From: Flavobacteriales bacterium
GTDB taxonomy: Bacteria; Bacteroidota; Bacteroidia; Flavobacteriales; TMED113
Assembly: GCA_002698365.1 (NCBI GenBank)
Contig: NZWM01000055.1
Location: 1 to 41,750, forward strand
Reading direction: 5' to 3'
Length of the DNA stretch: 41,750 bases
Shown here: in pieces, positions 19,226-30,169 of the stretch
Layout: each line of letters starts with the position of its first letter
How positions within the stretch are numbered: position 1 is the stretch's first letter
The notes under the pieces: generated by a model
What the model was told of the DNA's origin: nothing
The model's input: the letters and a program-made list of their open reading frames with translations, nothing else
Database searches by the model: none
Translations under genes and position numbers: made by a program

Positions 19226-20674
19226 ATGTATGACATATTAGAGTTAAAGAAGAAAAAACTACAAGATTTGCAAGATATTGCAAATCAACTCGAAATTGAA
19301 GAAGTTAAAAGTTATAAAAAACTAGAACTAATTTATCAGATTCTAGATAAACAGGCTCTAAAACCTATAAATGGTGAAACAAAAACAAAAACAAAACCGA
19401 AGCTTAATCATCAAAGAAATAAAGTGACAAATAAAGCTAAAAAAGAAATGGATGAAAAAAACAAGCCATCAAAAGAGACTAAAAAAGAGAAAAATTGGTC
19501 TACAAACAAACACAACAATGACAAGAATGATTCAAGGGAAAAAGATTTAGATTATAATTTTGAATCAGAAGTGATTGGCGAAGGAGTACTTGAAAAAATG
19601 CCTGACGGGTATGGGTTTTTAAGATCTTCTGATTATAACTATTTAAATTCGCCTGATGATATTTATGTATCTCAATCCCAAATTAAATTATTTGGCTTAA
19701 AAACAGGTGACACTGTTACGGGAGAAATACGCCCGCCTAAAGAAGGGGAAAAGTTTTTCCCACTAGTGAAAGTTTTAAAAATCAATAGCTTAGACCCGAA
19801 ACATGTTAGAGACCGAGTGGCATTTGAACATAAAACACCTTTATTCCCAGAGGAAAAATTTAAAATAGTAGAAAAAAATGCTACTATATCAACAAGATTG
19901 ATTGACTTATTCTCACCAATTGGAAAGGGGCAAAGAGGACTAATAGTAGCACAACCAAAAACTGGAAAAACAGTGCTTTTAAAAGAAGTAGCAAATGCAA
20001 TTGCTGCAAATCATCCAGAAGTATATCAAATTGTATTACTAATAGATGAAAGACCTGAAGAAGTGACAGACATGGCGCGTACAGTGTCTGGTGAAGTCAT
20101 TGCCTCCACATTTGACGAACCTGCAGAAAGACATGTTCGTGTTGCAAATATAGTTTTAGAAAAAGCAAAACGAATGGTGGAATGTGGCCATGATGTTGTT
20201 ATTTTATTAGACTCAATTACTAGATTAGCTCGTGCCTATAATACGGTTGCTCCTGCATCTGGAAAAATACTATCAGGGGGAATTGATGCAAATGCACTGC
20301 ACAAGCCAAAAAGATTTTTTGGATCAGCAAGAAACATTGAAAATGGAGGTTCACTAACTATTATTGCAACTGCATTAGTAGAAACAGGATCAAAAATGGA
20401 TGAAGTAATTTTTGAAGAATTTAAAGGTACCGGTAATATGGAAATGCAACTTGACAGAAGTATTTCTAATAGAAGAATTTATCCAGCTATTGACTTAATA
20501 AGTTCTGGCACAAGAAGAGAAGATTTACTAATAAGCAAAGAAAAACTACAAAGAATGTGGATATTAAGAAAACATTTAGCTGACATGAAGCCAATTGAAG
20601 CAATGGAGTTTATCAAAGACCGATTGGAAGGCACGCAAAATAATGAGGAATTCTTAATTTCAATGAATGGTTAA
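19226..20674 (+). CDS. rho: Transcription termination factor Rho with a Lys/Asn-rich N-terminal insertion
   Basis: Rho N-terminal helix bundle [22 protein letters not shown]-binding [14 protein letters not shown], Walker A AQPKTGKT, and [12 protein letters not shown]. Confidence 0.97.
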   Translation: MYDILELKKKKLQDLQDIANQLEIEEVKSYKKLELIYQILDKQALKPINGETKTKTKPKLNHQRNKVTNKAKKEMDEKNKPSKETKKEKNWSTNKHNNDKNDSREKDLDYNFESEVIGEGVLEKMPDGYGFLRSSDYNYLNSPDDIYVSQSQIKLFGLKTGDTVTGEIRPPKEGEKFFPLVKVLKINSLDPKHVRDRVAFEHKTPLFPEEKFKIVEKNATISTRLIDLFSPIGKGQRGLIVAQPKTGKTVLLKEVANAIAANHPEVYQIVLLIDERPEEVTDMARTVSGEVIASTFDEPAERHVRVANIVLEKAKRMVECGHDVVILLDSITRLARAYNTVAPASGKILSGGIDANALHKPKRFFGSARNIENGGSLTIIATALVETGSKMDEVIFEEFKGTGNMEMQLDRSISNRRIYPAIDLISSGTRREDLLISKEKLQRMWILRKHLADMKPIEAMEFIKDRLEGTQNNEEFLISMNG

Positions 20675-20678
20675 CTTC

Positions 20679-22025
20679 TTATTCTGAAAAAGCGGCCATT
20701 AAATTTATATTTGAAAAGTTGCCTGAACTCATTAATAATAAATTAGAATTTTTAAATTGGAAATCATATAAATATTTTTTTAGACCATTTTTGTCTTTAA
20801 TAATCCTAATTTGATTGTGACAGATAACATCTAACAAAAATCCATCAGGTATATTTTTCTGATTTTTTTGCTGCATGGATATTTCATCAACATAAATCCA
20901 TACTTCATCGGCATCCTTAAAAACATTTGCATAATTTGGCATGAAATTAATATCTAAACTACTGAATGTATATAACTGTAAACATGCAACTAAATATCTA
21001 TTTGGAAATAATTCTTTGACTGCATTAATGGTGGCAGCAACTTTAGATGGAGAATGAGCAAAATCATAAAATACAGCACTGTTTTTTAGAGGATTATTTT
21101 TAATTAAATTCAATCTTTTTTCTGCACCCTGAAAACTTTGAATCGATTTATAAAACTGACTTTCCGAAACGCCTAATCTTAAAGCAACCAATCTTGCTGC
21201 TTCAAGATTATATAAATTATGTTTGCCAAAAATGTTTAGTGGAATTTCCTTTGAATCATATTCGATTAAAAATTGATTGTTTTTAATTTTATATTTTGGC
21301 AAATAATATGGTGTAATATAATTGGTATTAGTTAGGAAATCTGATAAAAAATCATCATCACCACAATAAAAAATTTGTTTAGATTTTTCACAAGTAATAT
21401 TTAATATATTTCTAAATGTATCTTGATATAAATCTAAAGTAGGAAAAACATTTACATGATCCCATTCAACACCCGAAACAACTAAAATATCCGGATTGTA
21501 GTGCATGAATTTTGATCTTTTATCTAATGCAGATGAAAAATACTCATCACCCTCTATGACAATAACATCATTGTTCTCTAAACTTACTAGATTCTTTATT
21601 GAATCTATTTTAGCTCCTAATAAATAATCGACTTTCATATTATTATCATGTAAAACATGTAATATCATGGATGTAATAGTAGTTTTACCATGACTTCCTG
21701 CTATTACAATCCTTTTTTTATGCTTAGAATATTCAAAAATGTATTCAGGAAAAGACATTAAAGGTATATTCATTTTCTGGGTCAATAATAATTCTGGATT
21801 ATCTAATTTTGCATGCATTCCAAGAATAACTAAATCTATATTTAGATGAATATTATCTGGATACCAACCCTCCTCATCTGGTAAAAGATTATATTTTAAC
21901 AAATTCGATTTTGCTGGTTCATATATCACGTCATCCGAACCAGTTACTGTATGACCCATTTTTTTTAATTCAATCGCTAAACTATGCATAATAGCCCCAC
22001 CAATAGCAATAAAATGTATTCTCAT
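20679..22025 (-). CDS. mpl: UDP-N-acetylmuramate--L-alanyl-gamma-D-glutamyl-meso-diaminopimelate ligase (Mur ligase family)
   Basis: MRIHFIAIGGAIMHSLA N-terminus and Mur ligase P-loop GSHGKTT, 448 aa. The Mpl-versus-MurC assignment rests on length and N-terminus only. Confidence 0.8.
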   Translation of the reverse strand: MRIHFIAIGGAIMHSLAIELKKMGHTVTGSDDVIYEPAKSNLLKYNLLPDEEGWYPDNIHLNIDLVILGMHAKLDNPELLLTQKMNIPLMSFPEYIFEYSKHKKRIVIAGSHGKTTITSMILHVLHDNNMKVDYLLGAKIDSIKNLVSLENNDVIVIEGDEYFSSALDKRSKFMHYNPDILVVSGVEWDHVNVFPTLDLYQDTFRNILNITCEKSKQIFYCGDDDFLSDFLTNTNYITPYYLPKYKIKNNQFLIEYDSKEIPLNIFGKHNLYNLEAARLVALRLGVSESQFYKSIQSFQGAEKRLNLIKNNPLKNSAVFYDFAHSPSKVAATINAVKELFPNRYLVACLQLYTFSSLDINFMPNYANVFKDADEVWIYVDEISMQQKNQKNIPDGFLLDVICHNQIRIIKDKNGLKKYLYDFQFKNSNLLLMSSGNFSNINLMAAFSE

Positions 22026-22070
22026 TTTAAATAATTAATAAATCATATATATTTACAATATACTACGTTT

Positions 22071-22913
22071 ATGAAAATACATGTTATAAATACAGGAAAC
22101 TTTAAACTTGATGGTGGTGCAATGTTTGGTGTTGTTCCTAAAACACTATGGTCAAAAACAAATCCAGCAGATCAAAATAATATGTGCTCCTGGGCTATGA
22201 GATGTCTACTTATCGAAACGGAAAATAAAAAAATACTAATTGATACTGGCATTGGTAATAAACAGAGTGAAAAATTTTTTCAATATTTTTATTTACATGG
22301 CCCCGACAACCTTCTTGAATCATTAAACAAAATCAAGATAGTACCTGAGGAGATTACTCACGTATTTTTTACTCATCTACATTTTGATCACTGTGGTGGA
22401 GCTATTATTAAAAATAATAACTCTTTAGAATTATTATTTCCAAATGCTGTACATATTACAAATAAAATGCATTGGGACTTAGCAAACAATCCAAATTCAA
22501 GAGAAAAAGCCTCCTTTTTAAAAGAAAATTTTCACTTAATTCAGAAAAAAAATAAACTCATATTTATTGATGAAGGTAAGTGGACAAAAAATATTGAAGT
22601 TAGATTTTTTCATGGTCATACTACCGCACAAATGATTCCCATCATAAAATATAAAAATAGAAAAATTGCATTTATGGCTGATCTTTTGCCATCAATTGGA
22701 CACATTCCACTTCCTTATGTTATGGGATATGACACACAACCCCTATTAACACTAAAAGAAAAAAAAATGTTTTTTAAAGAGGCTGTGGACAATAATTATA
22801 TTCTCTTTTTAGAACATGATTATAAATATGAATGTTGTACTTTGAAAGACACCGAAAAAGGATTTCGCTTAGATCAATTTGGAAAACTAGATGAATTACT
22901 CAATCATCAATGA
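22071..22913 (+). CDS. MBL-fold metallo-hydrolase
   Basis: HLHFDHCGG (HxHxDH) motif plus downstream His/Asp ligands. Confidence 0.8.
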   Translation: MKIHVINTGNFKLDGGAMFGVVPKTLWSKTNPADQNNMCSWAMRCLLIETENKKILIDTGIGNKQSEKFFQYFYLHGPDNLLESLNKIKIVPEEITHVFFTHLHFDHCGGAIIKNNNSLELLFPNAVHITNKMHWDLANNPNSREKASFLKENFHLIQKKNKLIFIDEGKWTKNIEVRFFHGHTTAQMIPIIKYKNRKIAFMADLLPSIGHIPLPYVMGYDTQPLLTLKEKKMFFKEAVDNNYILFLEHDYKYECCTLKDTEKGFRLDQFGKLDELLNHQ

Positions 22914-23357
22914 TTCACAAGCTGACCAATCTTGAATGGAATCAATAATAGAATCAATAATTAAATAACATTTTTTTAGAGATTTTGGTCCTTCTAATCT
23001 ATCAACAACTTTATGTCGTTTACCAGCTAGGTAGATATCTGTCACAACTGAGGGAATGTCCGTCATTGGGGAAATATATTCTTTATCTAATGAAAAAAAA
23101 TCTATGTCATCTAACAATAATTTAATAGCAGTTACTTCATCATCCGAAATAAAAGAAGAGAAGCAACCAATTTTATCTACAAAAAACTTACCGTTGTAAG
23201 TGATTTTTCCATGGTTATAAATACTTACTGTATATTGTGGACAAGTGCCATAGCATGCTGTGCGTTGCATTCGAAAAAACGGTTCGTCTTGTTGAAGAAT
23301 ATTTGGATTAAAACATGAAGAAAAAAAAATAATTGATATAATAATTATAAATCTCAT
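22896..23357 (-). CDS. DUF6438-like lipoprotein
   Basis: Lipoprotein signal IIFFSSC and a CYGTCPQYTVSIYNHGKITYNGKFFV motif. The ATG shares one nucleotide with the yidC TAA (TAATG). Confidence 0.5.
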   Translation of the reverse strand: MRFIIIISIIFFSSCFNPNILQQDEPFFRMQRTACYGTCPQYTVSIYNHGKITYNGKFFVDKIGCFSSFISDDEVTAIKLLLDDIDFFSLDKEYISPMTDIPSVVTDIYLAGKRHKVVDRLEGPKSLKKCYLIIDSIIDSIQDWSACESLMIE

Positions 23358-25096
23358 TATTTATTTTGTTGATTTTTTTTAGCTATTTCCTCCAATTTTT
23401 GTTGAAACTTAGATTTTTTGACCGGTTTCTTCTTGTTCGCTTGTAACATCGCATATAATTTATCATCATCAATATTTTTACGGATAATCCACTGTTGACC
23501 AAATGTTATAAGGTTAGCTAAAAAATAATAATAACTTAATGCCGCTGAATAATTATTCATTACAAATAAAAATATAACTGGCATTAAATACATGATATAT
23601 TTCATTTGCGGCATTTGTGCATTTGAAGATTGATTAGAATACTTCATTTGCAACACAGTTGCTAAAGTCATTAGCAATGCAAATAAACTAATGTGATCTC
23701 CATATAAAGGAATGTGGAAACCAAAATCAAAAATTGAATCATAGGTGGACAAATCATCTGCCCATAAAAACGGCTGTTGCCTTAATTCAATAGAAGCGGG
23801 AAAAAATCTAAACAATGCTATTAAAACAGGCATCTGAAACAACAAAGGTAAACATCCCCCAAGTGGGTTTACCCCTGTTTTTTTATACAAATTCATTTGA
23901 GCTTGTTGACGCTCCATTGGATCCTTAACCTTTTCATTTATAGCATCTATTTCTGGCTTTAAAACTCTCATTTTAGCCATAGACAAATATGAACTTTTAG
24001 TTGGGAGGAATAAAAGCATTTTAATAACTAGCGCAATAATGAGAATTATTAAACCATAATTTAATCCCGTTTTTTCTAAAACATTAAACATGGGTATAAC
24101 TAAAAATTTATTCACCCAGCCAAAAATACCCCAGCCTAATGGAACAAGTGATTCAAATCCCTGATCAAAAGACTTAAGTAATGAATATTTGTTAGGTAAA
24201 AAATAAAAATTAAACACATAACTACTACTACGATTATCATATTCAAGTGAAAAATCAGATGTTAAAGTTTTAACATAAGCGTCTGAATCAGGAGAAGAAG
24301 TAGTTAAATTAGCTGAACCAAAAGATGATTCTGAAGAGATAATAGTAGAAAAAAACTGCTGTCTATATGCTACCCACTTAGGATTTTCAATATTTTTTTC
24401 TGAATCCTTCATCAAAGGCATCTGTTTTGAAGATTTATTGTTAAATGAATATCGAATTGTGGTTGTATTCCGTTCATTATCAATATTTTTTTCTAATTGA
24501 TTAATCTTATGAGAAAATAATAGTTTGTCTGGCTCAATGAAATCTTGTGTGTTTTCCGTTTCTGTTAAAACCTCAAATGTTAATTGATACCCTTCAAGTA
24601 ATTTATAAATAAATGTTATCGAATTTTTATTGAGATCTTGATATGTAAATGAAATTAGATTTCTTGACGCATCTTGGGTAACTTCTGAAAAAAGTAATTC
24701 GTTACTATTAACTAGTCTGTTATTAATAAAAAAACTTAGATTAAAATCTAACTCTTCTATTAAATTAAGTTGTAATGAATCATATGTTCTATAATTTTTC
24801 AACGTAACCTCTTGCACAGAAGCACCATAATTAGAAAATTTAACACTTATATCATCATTAGATAAATGATACGAAAAAATTTGACTATCATCAAAATATT
24901 CATCTAAATCTGCATCAGATACTTCATTTTCTGAGGTTGTATTAGGGGTTATGGGAGTAGTTGTTTCAGTATCCACATCATTATTCTTAACATCTAATTC
25001 CGTGTTGATACTAGAAGAACTCCACCACATGAGAAGACCAAAAATCAAACACATGCCTATAAAAAAATTAATATCCAATCCTCCTTTTTGTTCCAT
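23357..25096 (-). CDS. yidC: Membrane protein insertase YidC (long, periplasmic-domain type)
   Basis: KPEIDAINEK...QQAQMNLYKKTGVNPLGGCLPLLFQMPVLIALF core, 579 aa. Confidence 0.95.
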   Translation of the reverse strand: MEQKGGLDINFFIGMCLIFGLLMWWSSSSINTELDVKNNDVDTETTTPITPNTTSENEVSDADLDEYFDDSQIFSYHLSNDDISVKFSNYGASVQEVTLKNYRTYDSLQLNLIEELDFNLSFFINNRLVNSNELLFSEVTQDASRNLISFTYQDLNKNSITFIYKLLEGYQLTFEVLTETENTQDFIEPDKLLFSHKINQLEKNIDNERNTTTIRYSFNNKSSKQMPLMKDSEKNIENPKWVAYRQQFFSTIISSESSFGSANLTTSSPDSDAYVKTLTSDFSLEYDNRSSSYVFNFYFLPNKYSLLKSFDQGFESLVPLGWGIFGWVNKFLVIPMFNVLEKTGLNYGLIILIIALVIKMLLFLPTKSSYLSMAKMRVLKPEIDAINEKVKDPMERQQAQMNLYKKTGVNPLGGCLPLLFQMPVLIALFRFFPASIELRQQPFLWADDLSTYDSIFDFGFHIPLYGDHISLFALLMTLATVLQMKYSNQSSNAQMPQMKYIMYLMPVIFLFVMNNYSAALSYYYFLANLITFGQQWIIRKNIDDDKLYAMLQANKKKPVKKSKFQQKLEEIAKKNQQNK

Positions 25097-25098
25097 AT

Positions 25099-26700
25099 TT
25101 ATTTATTTAAAAAAGCTTTCACAAAGCTAACAAAAAGTGGATGAGGATTGATAAATGAACTTTGATATTCTGGATGAAATTGAACACCAACAAACCAAGG
25201 GTGATTTACAATCTCAACAATCTCAATTAAATCCAAATCTTTATTGGACCCCGCCATAATCATCCCTTTAGAAATTAAATCTGATTTATAGTAGTTATTC
25301 AATTCATATCTATGCCTATGTCTCTCATGAATTGTATTTTTTTTATAAGCCTCAAAAGACTTTGATTTTTTGATCAAAGTACACTCATAACTACCCAACC
25401 TCATAGTTCCACCTTTATTAATAATATTATTTTGATTTTTCATTAGATCTATAATGGGATACTTTGTAGTTAAATCCATTTCTGAAGAATGAGCTGTTTT
25501 ATACCCACAAACATTTCGAAAAAATTCAATGACCGCTACTTGCATGCCTAAACAAATTCCTAAGAAGGGAATTTTTTGTTCTCTAACATACTTAACTGCA
25601 GCTATTTTTCCATCCACTCCTCTGTCTCCAAAGCCAGGTGCAACAATCACCCCTTGACAATCAAACAACTCATTTTTTACATTATTATTATTCAGCTTTT
25701 CCGAATGAATCCATTTAACGCTAATTCCTTTTCCTAAAAAAGCAGCTGCATGCATTAAAGATTCATATATAGATTTATAAGAGTCTTTTAGTTCAACATA
25801 TTTTCCCACAATACCCACTATAAATAGTTCATTAGGATTTTTTAATTTATCCAATCTTTTTTTCCAAATGGAATTATTAATTTTTTTTAATTTACCTAAT
25901 CCTATCTTTTCCGCCACCACTTGATCTAGACCTTGATCCAACATTAATAATGGAACTTCATAAATAGTATCTGCATTAATCGATTCTATAACACAATTAT
26001 ACTCTACATTACAAAATAAAGCAATTTTATTTTTGACTTTGTCTGTTAATGAATATTCTGTTCTACACACAAGCACATCAGGCTGAACACCAGACTGTAA
26101 CATGGTTTTCACCGAATGTTGTGTTGGCTTAGTTTTAATTTCACCAGTAGACGACAAATATGGTAAAAGAGTTAAGTGAACAACAGCAACATCATTTTTT
26201 CTTTCAAATTTGAATTGGCGCAATGCTTCTATATAAGGTAAAGATTCAATATCTCCTACTGTTCCACCAATTTCAACAATAATAATTTCAAATTTTTTTT
26301 GTGTTTCTAGAGCTAGAATTCGATTTTTAATCTCATCTGTTATGTGAGGTATAATTTGGACCGTTTTTCCTAAAAAATCTCCTTTTCTCTCCCTATCTAT
26401 TACATTTTGATAAACACTTCCTGTGGTTACATTGTTCAATTGAGTCGTGGGTAGATTCAAAAAGCGTTCATAATGACCTAAATCTAAATCCGTTTCAGCA
26501 CCATCTTTCGTTACATAACACTCTCCATGTTCATATGGGTTGAGTGTCCCTGGATCAACATTTAAATAGGGATCTAGTTTTAAGATTGTTGTCCGATAGC
26601 CTCTTGACTGAAACAAATTTCCAAGAGAAGAGGCAATAATACCCTTGCCTAAAGAAGAGGTTACACCACCGGTTACAAAAATAAATTTAGATTCAGACAT
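25099..26700 (-). CDS. pyrG: CTP synthase
   Basis: MSESKFIFVTGGVTSSLGKG N-terminus, glutaminase GICLGMQ, and HRHRYE. The ORF-track start (26736) adds 12 non-conserved residues. The ATG at 26700 is preferred. Confidence 0.97.
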   Translation of the reverse strand: MSESKFIFVTGGVTSSLGKGIIASSLGNLFQSRGYRTTILKLDPYLNVDPGTLNPYEHGECYVTKDGAETDLDLGHYERFLNLPTTQLNNVTTGSVYQNVIDRERKGDFLGKTVQIIPHITDEIKNRILALETQKKFEIIIVEIGGTVGDIESLPYIEALRQFKFERKNDVAVVHLTLLPYLSSTGEIKTKPTQHSVKTMLQSGVQPDVLVCRTEYSLTDKVKNKIALFCNVEYNCVIESINADTIYEVPLLMLDQGLDQVVAEKIGLGKLKKINNSIWKKRLDKLKNPNELFIVGIVGKYVELKDSYKSIYESLMHAAAFLGKGISVKWIHSEKLNNNNVKNELFDCQGVIVAPGFGDRGVDGKIAAVKYVREQKIPFLGICLGMQVAVIEFFRNVCGYKTAHSSEMDLTTKYPIIDLMKNQNNIINKGGTMRLGSYECTLIKKSKSFEAYKKNTIHERHRHRYELNNYYKSDLISKGMIMAGSNKDLDLIEIVEIVNHPWFVGVQFHPEYQSSFINPHPLFVSFVKAFLNK

Positions 26701-26767
26701 TGAAGAAAGGTTTAGCGAATTTACAAAACTAATCATGATTATACTACAATAAGAATGGAAAATATTT

Positions 26768-29068
26768 TTAAAACACCCAACTCATCCCAACACTCGGAAT
26801 AATTGGCAATTGATCAACACGAACAGCCTCAACTCTATTGTAATAAAAAATATTATCCCTATTATATACATTAGTGATGCCGAAAGACAATTCCAGCACA
26901 CTAAATCTAGAAAATGTATATTTTTTCTTTAATGAAACATCTAATCTATGATAATCTGGAAGTCGACCGGAATTTAAATCTGAGTATAAAATACCTAAAT
27001 CACCATTTAAGCTATTAATATCTGTGTTTGGACCACTATTAAAATTAATTTCTTCATAATAAGCTTGAGTTTTGGTAAATGGAAATCCAGAACCATAATT
27101 CCATCTCAAGCTAAATTCCCAAGTTTTATTTGCACCTAATAAATAAGAAAATAGTAAATTAAAGTTATGTCTTCGATCATAGTGTGGATAATAAACCTGA
27201 GTTTCATCTTCTCTTTCTATAACACCAAAAGAATAAACAGACCATATATTTAGTCTATTATTAAAATATTTAATTAACACATCACAGCCCGAAGCTATTC
27301 CTTTTTCAACAACAAAAGCTGTTTTTAAATAATCCGGTTCATCCTCAAAATCAACATCATCTGTGAAAATTTGATTTTTATTTTCTGCAATTAATTGTGA
27401 GAAATCCTTAATATATCCCTCAATATTTAAATCAAGATTATCTCCTAATTCATATTCTAAACCAAGAATATAATGAACTGCTTTTTGCAAAGAAGATTCT
27501 ACTTCATTAGCTTGAAAGTACTCTGGCAAATTATCTGTACTTGCTAAAAATCCTGAAAATAAATTAATCACATCTCTTTCGCTAGAAGTCGACATTAAAT
27601 TTTGTGAAAACACACCAAATGAACTTTTAAGACGTAATCTCTCATTGACACTATACTTCAAACCCAGCCTTGGCTCAATAGACAACTCCCCTAAAGAGGT
27701 GTAATTTTGCAATCTAATACTTGGATCAATAATAAATCGATTATTATTATTGAACTTATAATTAAAATATGCGGCAAATTCTGTAGAATGATCATTCTCC
27801 TCAATTGGAGTCCCTAATGAATTTCGAAAATCTAATTCAGTAGTATAGCCTAACACCTCTACCCCATATTTCAATTCATGTTGTTTAGAAATAAAATATG
27901 TGAAGTCTAATCCAATACTAAATCCATCTATACTACTATGATTAGCTTCTTCTCCAAAATCCTCTTGAGCAACATCATATTTTGAATATGACATTTTTCC
28001 CTCGACCAACATTTTAGCGGATGCAGGCACAAGAATAATATTAGATCCAAAACCATAACTGGTCCAACCTAATTGAGTTAAATCTACATAATTCACATCA
28101 TCATTAAATCCAAAACCATAAATATTCATTTTACTTCCATTTTTACTGAAAAAAGAAAGTTTTCCATAAAAATCTGAAAATGAATATGGCAATCCCGCTT
28201 CACTAACATATGAGTAAAAAGATTGTGATGTTTTATCAAGATAAGACCCCTTTGCACTTAAAATAAACGAATTTGAAATACTATTAGAATCTGATTTAAA
28301 CATTGGCCCCTCTAATAATAATTTACCACCGAAAGTATTAGCAGATAATTTACCGGTTAACCGCCGCTTATTGCCATCACGTGTTTTAATATCCATCACC
28401 GAAGATATTCTTCCTCCATATTGGGCGCCAAATCCTCCAGTATAAATATCTGCTTTTTTTATAATATCTGTATCAAAAACTGAAAAGAACCCAATAGAAT
28501 GAAATGGACTATATATTGTCATGCCATCTAATAATACTTTATTATGAATAGGGGCACCACCTCGAATATAAAGCTGACCACCCTGATCTCCAGTAAAAAC
28601 CACCCCAGGTAACACCTGTAAAAATTGTGCTAAATCTGGTTCGCCTCCTATACTAGGTAATTTATTAATAGATTTACTTGTTAATTTAATAACACCAGTG
28701 TTAACTTGAGTTTTCCTTTCTTCTCTTTCCGCATTTACATTTACATTTTCTAGTGTTAGTCGACTAGATTTTAAAAATATCTTCTTTGTAACTACGTCTT
28801 TCTCTTCAGTAAACAAAAATGAGACTTCAACGGTCTCATAACCAATAAAACTAACAACGAGAGTATATTGGCCAAAAGGAATATCTGATATAATAAAATA
28901 TCCATTATCATCAGAGACTGCTCCAAAATCCGTGTCTTTAACAACAGCATTAGCAAACATAATGGGCTCCTCAGACTCTTCTTCATAAATAAATCCCCGT
29001 ATAGTTCCTTGAGACAGAATAAATAAAGGAAACATAATAATGAGAAATAAATAAAATCTTCGATTCAT
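26768..29068 (-). CDS. TonB-dependent receptor with N-terminal carboxypeptidase-regulatory-like domain
   Basis: Signal peptide, then GTIRGFIYEEESEEPIMFANAVV...DDNGYFIISDIPFGQYTLVVSFIGYE (CarboxypepD_reg), a plug region, and a beta-barrel ending in the aromatic terminus GMSWVF. The ATG at 29068 is preferred over the TTG at 29077. Confidence 0.85.
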   Translation of the reverse strand: MNRRFYLFLIIMFPLFILSQGTIRGFIYEEESEEPIMFANAVVKDTDFGAVSDDNGYFIISDIPFGQYTLVVSFIGYETVEVSFLFTEEKDVVTKKIFLKSSRLTLENVNVNAEREERKTQVNTGVIKLTSKSINKLPSIGGEPDLAQFLQVLPGVVFTGDQGGQLYIRGGAPIHNKVLLDGMTIYSPFHSIGFFSVFDTDIIKKADIYTGGFGAQYGGRISSVMDIKTRDGNKRRLTGKLSANTFGGKLLLEGPMFKSDSNSISNSFILSAKGSYLDKTSQSFYSYVSEAGLPYSFSDFYGKLSFFSKNGSKMNIYGFGFNDDVNYVDLTQLGWTSYGFGSNIILVPASAKMLVEGKMSYSKYDVAQEDFGEEANHSSIDGFSIGLDFTYFISKQHELKYGVEVLGYTTELDFRNSLGTPIEENDHSTEFAAYFNYKFNNNNRFIIDPSIRLQNYTSLGELSIEPRLGLKYSVNERLRLKSSFGVFSQNLMSTSSERDVINLFSGFLASTDNLPEYFQANEVESSLQKAVHYILGLEYELGDNLDLNIEGYIKDFSQLIAENKNQIFTDDVDFEDEPDYLKTAFVVEKGIASGCDVLIKYFNNRLNIWSVYSFGVIEREDETQVYYPHYDRRHNFNLLFSYLLGANKTWEFSLRWNYGSGFPFTKTQAYYEEINFNSGPNTDINSLNGDLGILYSDLNSGRLPDYHRLDVSLKKKYTFSRFSVLELSFGITNVYNRDNIFYYNRVEAVRVDQLPIIPSVGMSWVF

Positions 29069-29129
29069 GATGGCCAAAGATATTATAACCTTTTGAATAA
29101 ATAAGAACTAACTGCCATAAAAAAATAAA

Positions 29130-30119
29130 TTAATAAATAATTCTTAGTATTAATTCTTTTAAAAAAGTATGATTTGTAGAGCCTTTAATGCCTTTAAAAT
29201 TTAAATCAGCTTCTTTCAGAAGACCAACAACCTGTATACAATCTTCGAAAGAATAATTCTTAGCAGCTGAAATATAGACTTTAACAAAAAAAGGATGAAC
29301 CTTGATTTTATCTGCAATCAATTTTTCAGAATGCACTTTTAAAGAATGTATAATTAGTATTTTAGAGAAAAATGAGAACAAAAGACCTATTATTGGAGGA
29401 ATCGGAAATTTTTTTGGATTTTGCACAAAATAATCGACAATAGAAATAACTTTTATATTATTTTTTTCTCCCAAAGCATTTTGTAATTCAAAAGTATTAT
29501 AGTCACGATGTATACCAACATGTTCTTGCACATCCGAATTGGTAATCAAAGAATCAGAAACAATACTAGAAAGTTTATTAATTGCATTAGTAAGCTTAGA
29601 TAGATTATTACCTAAATAATCAACTAATAATAATTCTGCAGATTTTTCAATGCGAATCTTTTTTTCAGTAAGGTTATATTTAATCCAATGAGATATTTTT
29701 TCGCCATATAATAACTTACTTTCAAATACCACGCCAACCTTTTGAAATAATTTTACCCATTTCTTTCTTTTATCAACCTTTTTACTTTTATAGCATACAA
29801 CAAAAATTGTACTATCAATAGGTTCAAGCAAATAATTACTTAATTCATCAATTTTATCTAGTTTTTGAGCTTCCCTCAAAAGAATTAATTTTTGACCACC
29901 CATCATTGGAAAAGACTTCAATTCACTTAACAGTGAAAAAACATTCACTTCTTTACCATAAAAAATTTTTTCATTAAAAATTTTTTCTGATTCAGATATT
30001 GTAGATGTAAGAAAACATGATGCGATTTGATCAATAAAAAAATCTTCTTCACCAAATAAAAGATAGTTTGATGATATATTGTTGTTTTTAATTGAATCTA
30101 AAATATTATTAATCTGCAT
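29130..30119 (-). CDS. holA: DNA polymerase III subunit delta
   Basis: ~330 aa with a typical HolA N-terminus (L.G.E.F..D.....). Starting at the ATG at 30119 (MQINNILDSIKNN) removes the hydrophobic TTG extension that would overlap the divergent gene. Confidence 0.7.
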   Translation of the reverse strand: MQINNILDSIKNNNISSNYLLFGEEDFFIDQIASCFLTSTISESEKIFNEKIFYGKEVNVFSLLSELKSFPMMGGQKLILLREAQKLDKIDELSNYLLEPIDSTIFVVCYKSKKVDKRKKWVKLFQKVGVVFESKLLYGEKISHWIKYNLTEKKIRIEKSAELLLVDYLGNNLSKLTNAINKLSSIVSDSLITNSDVQEHVGIHRDYNTFELQNALGEKNNIKVISIVDYFVQNPKKFPIPPIIGLLFSFFSKILIIHSLKVHSEKLIADKIKVHPFFVKVYISAAKNYSFEDCIQVVGLLKEADLNFKGIKGSTNHTFLKELILRIIY

Positions 30120-30169
30120 AATAACTAAAATTGTAAAAATAATTAAATTACCATATAGTATATCTAGAA

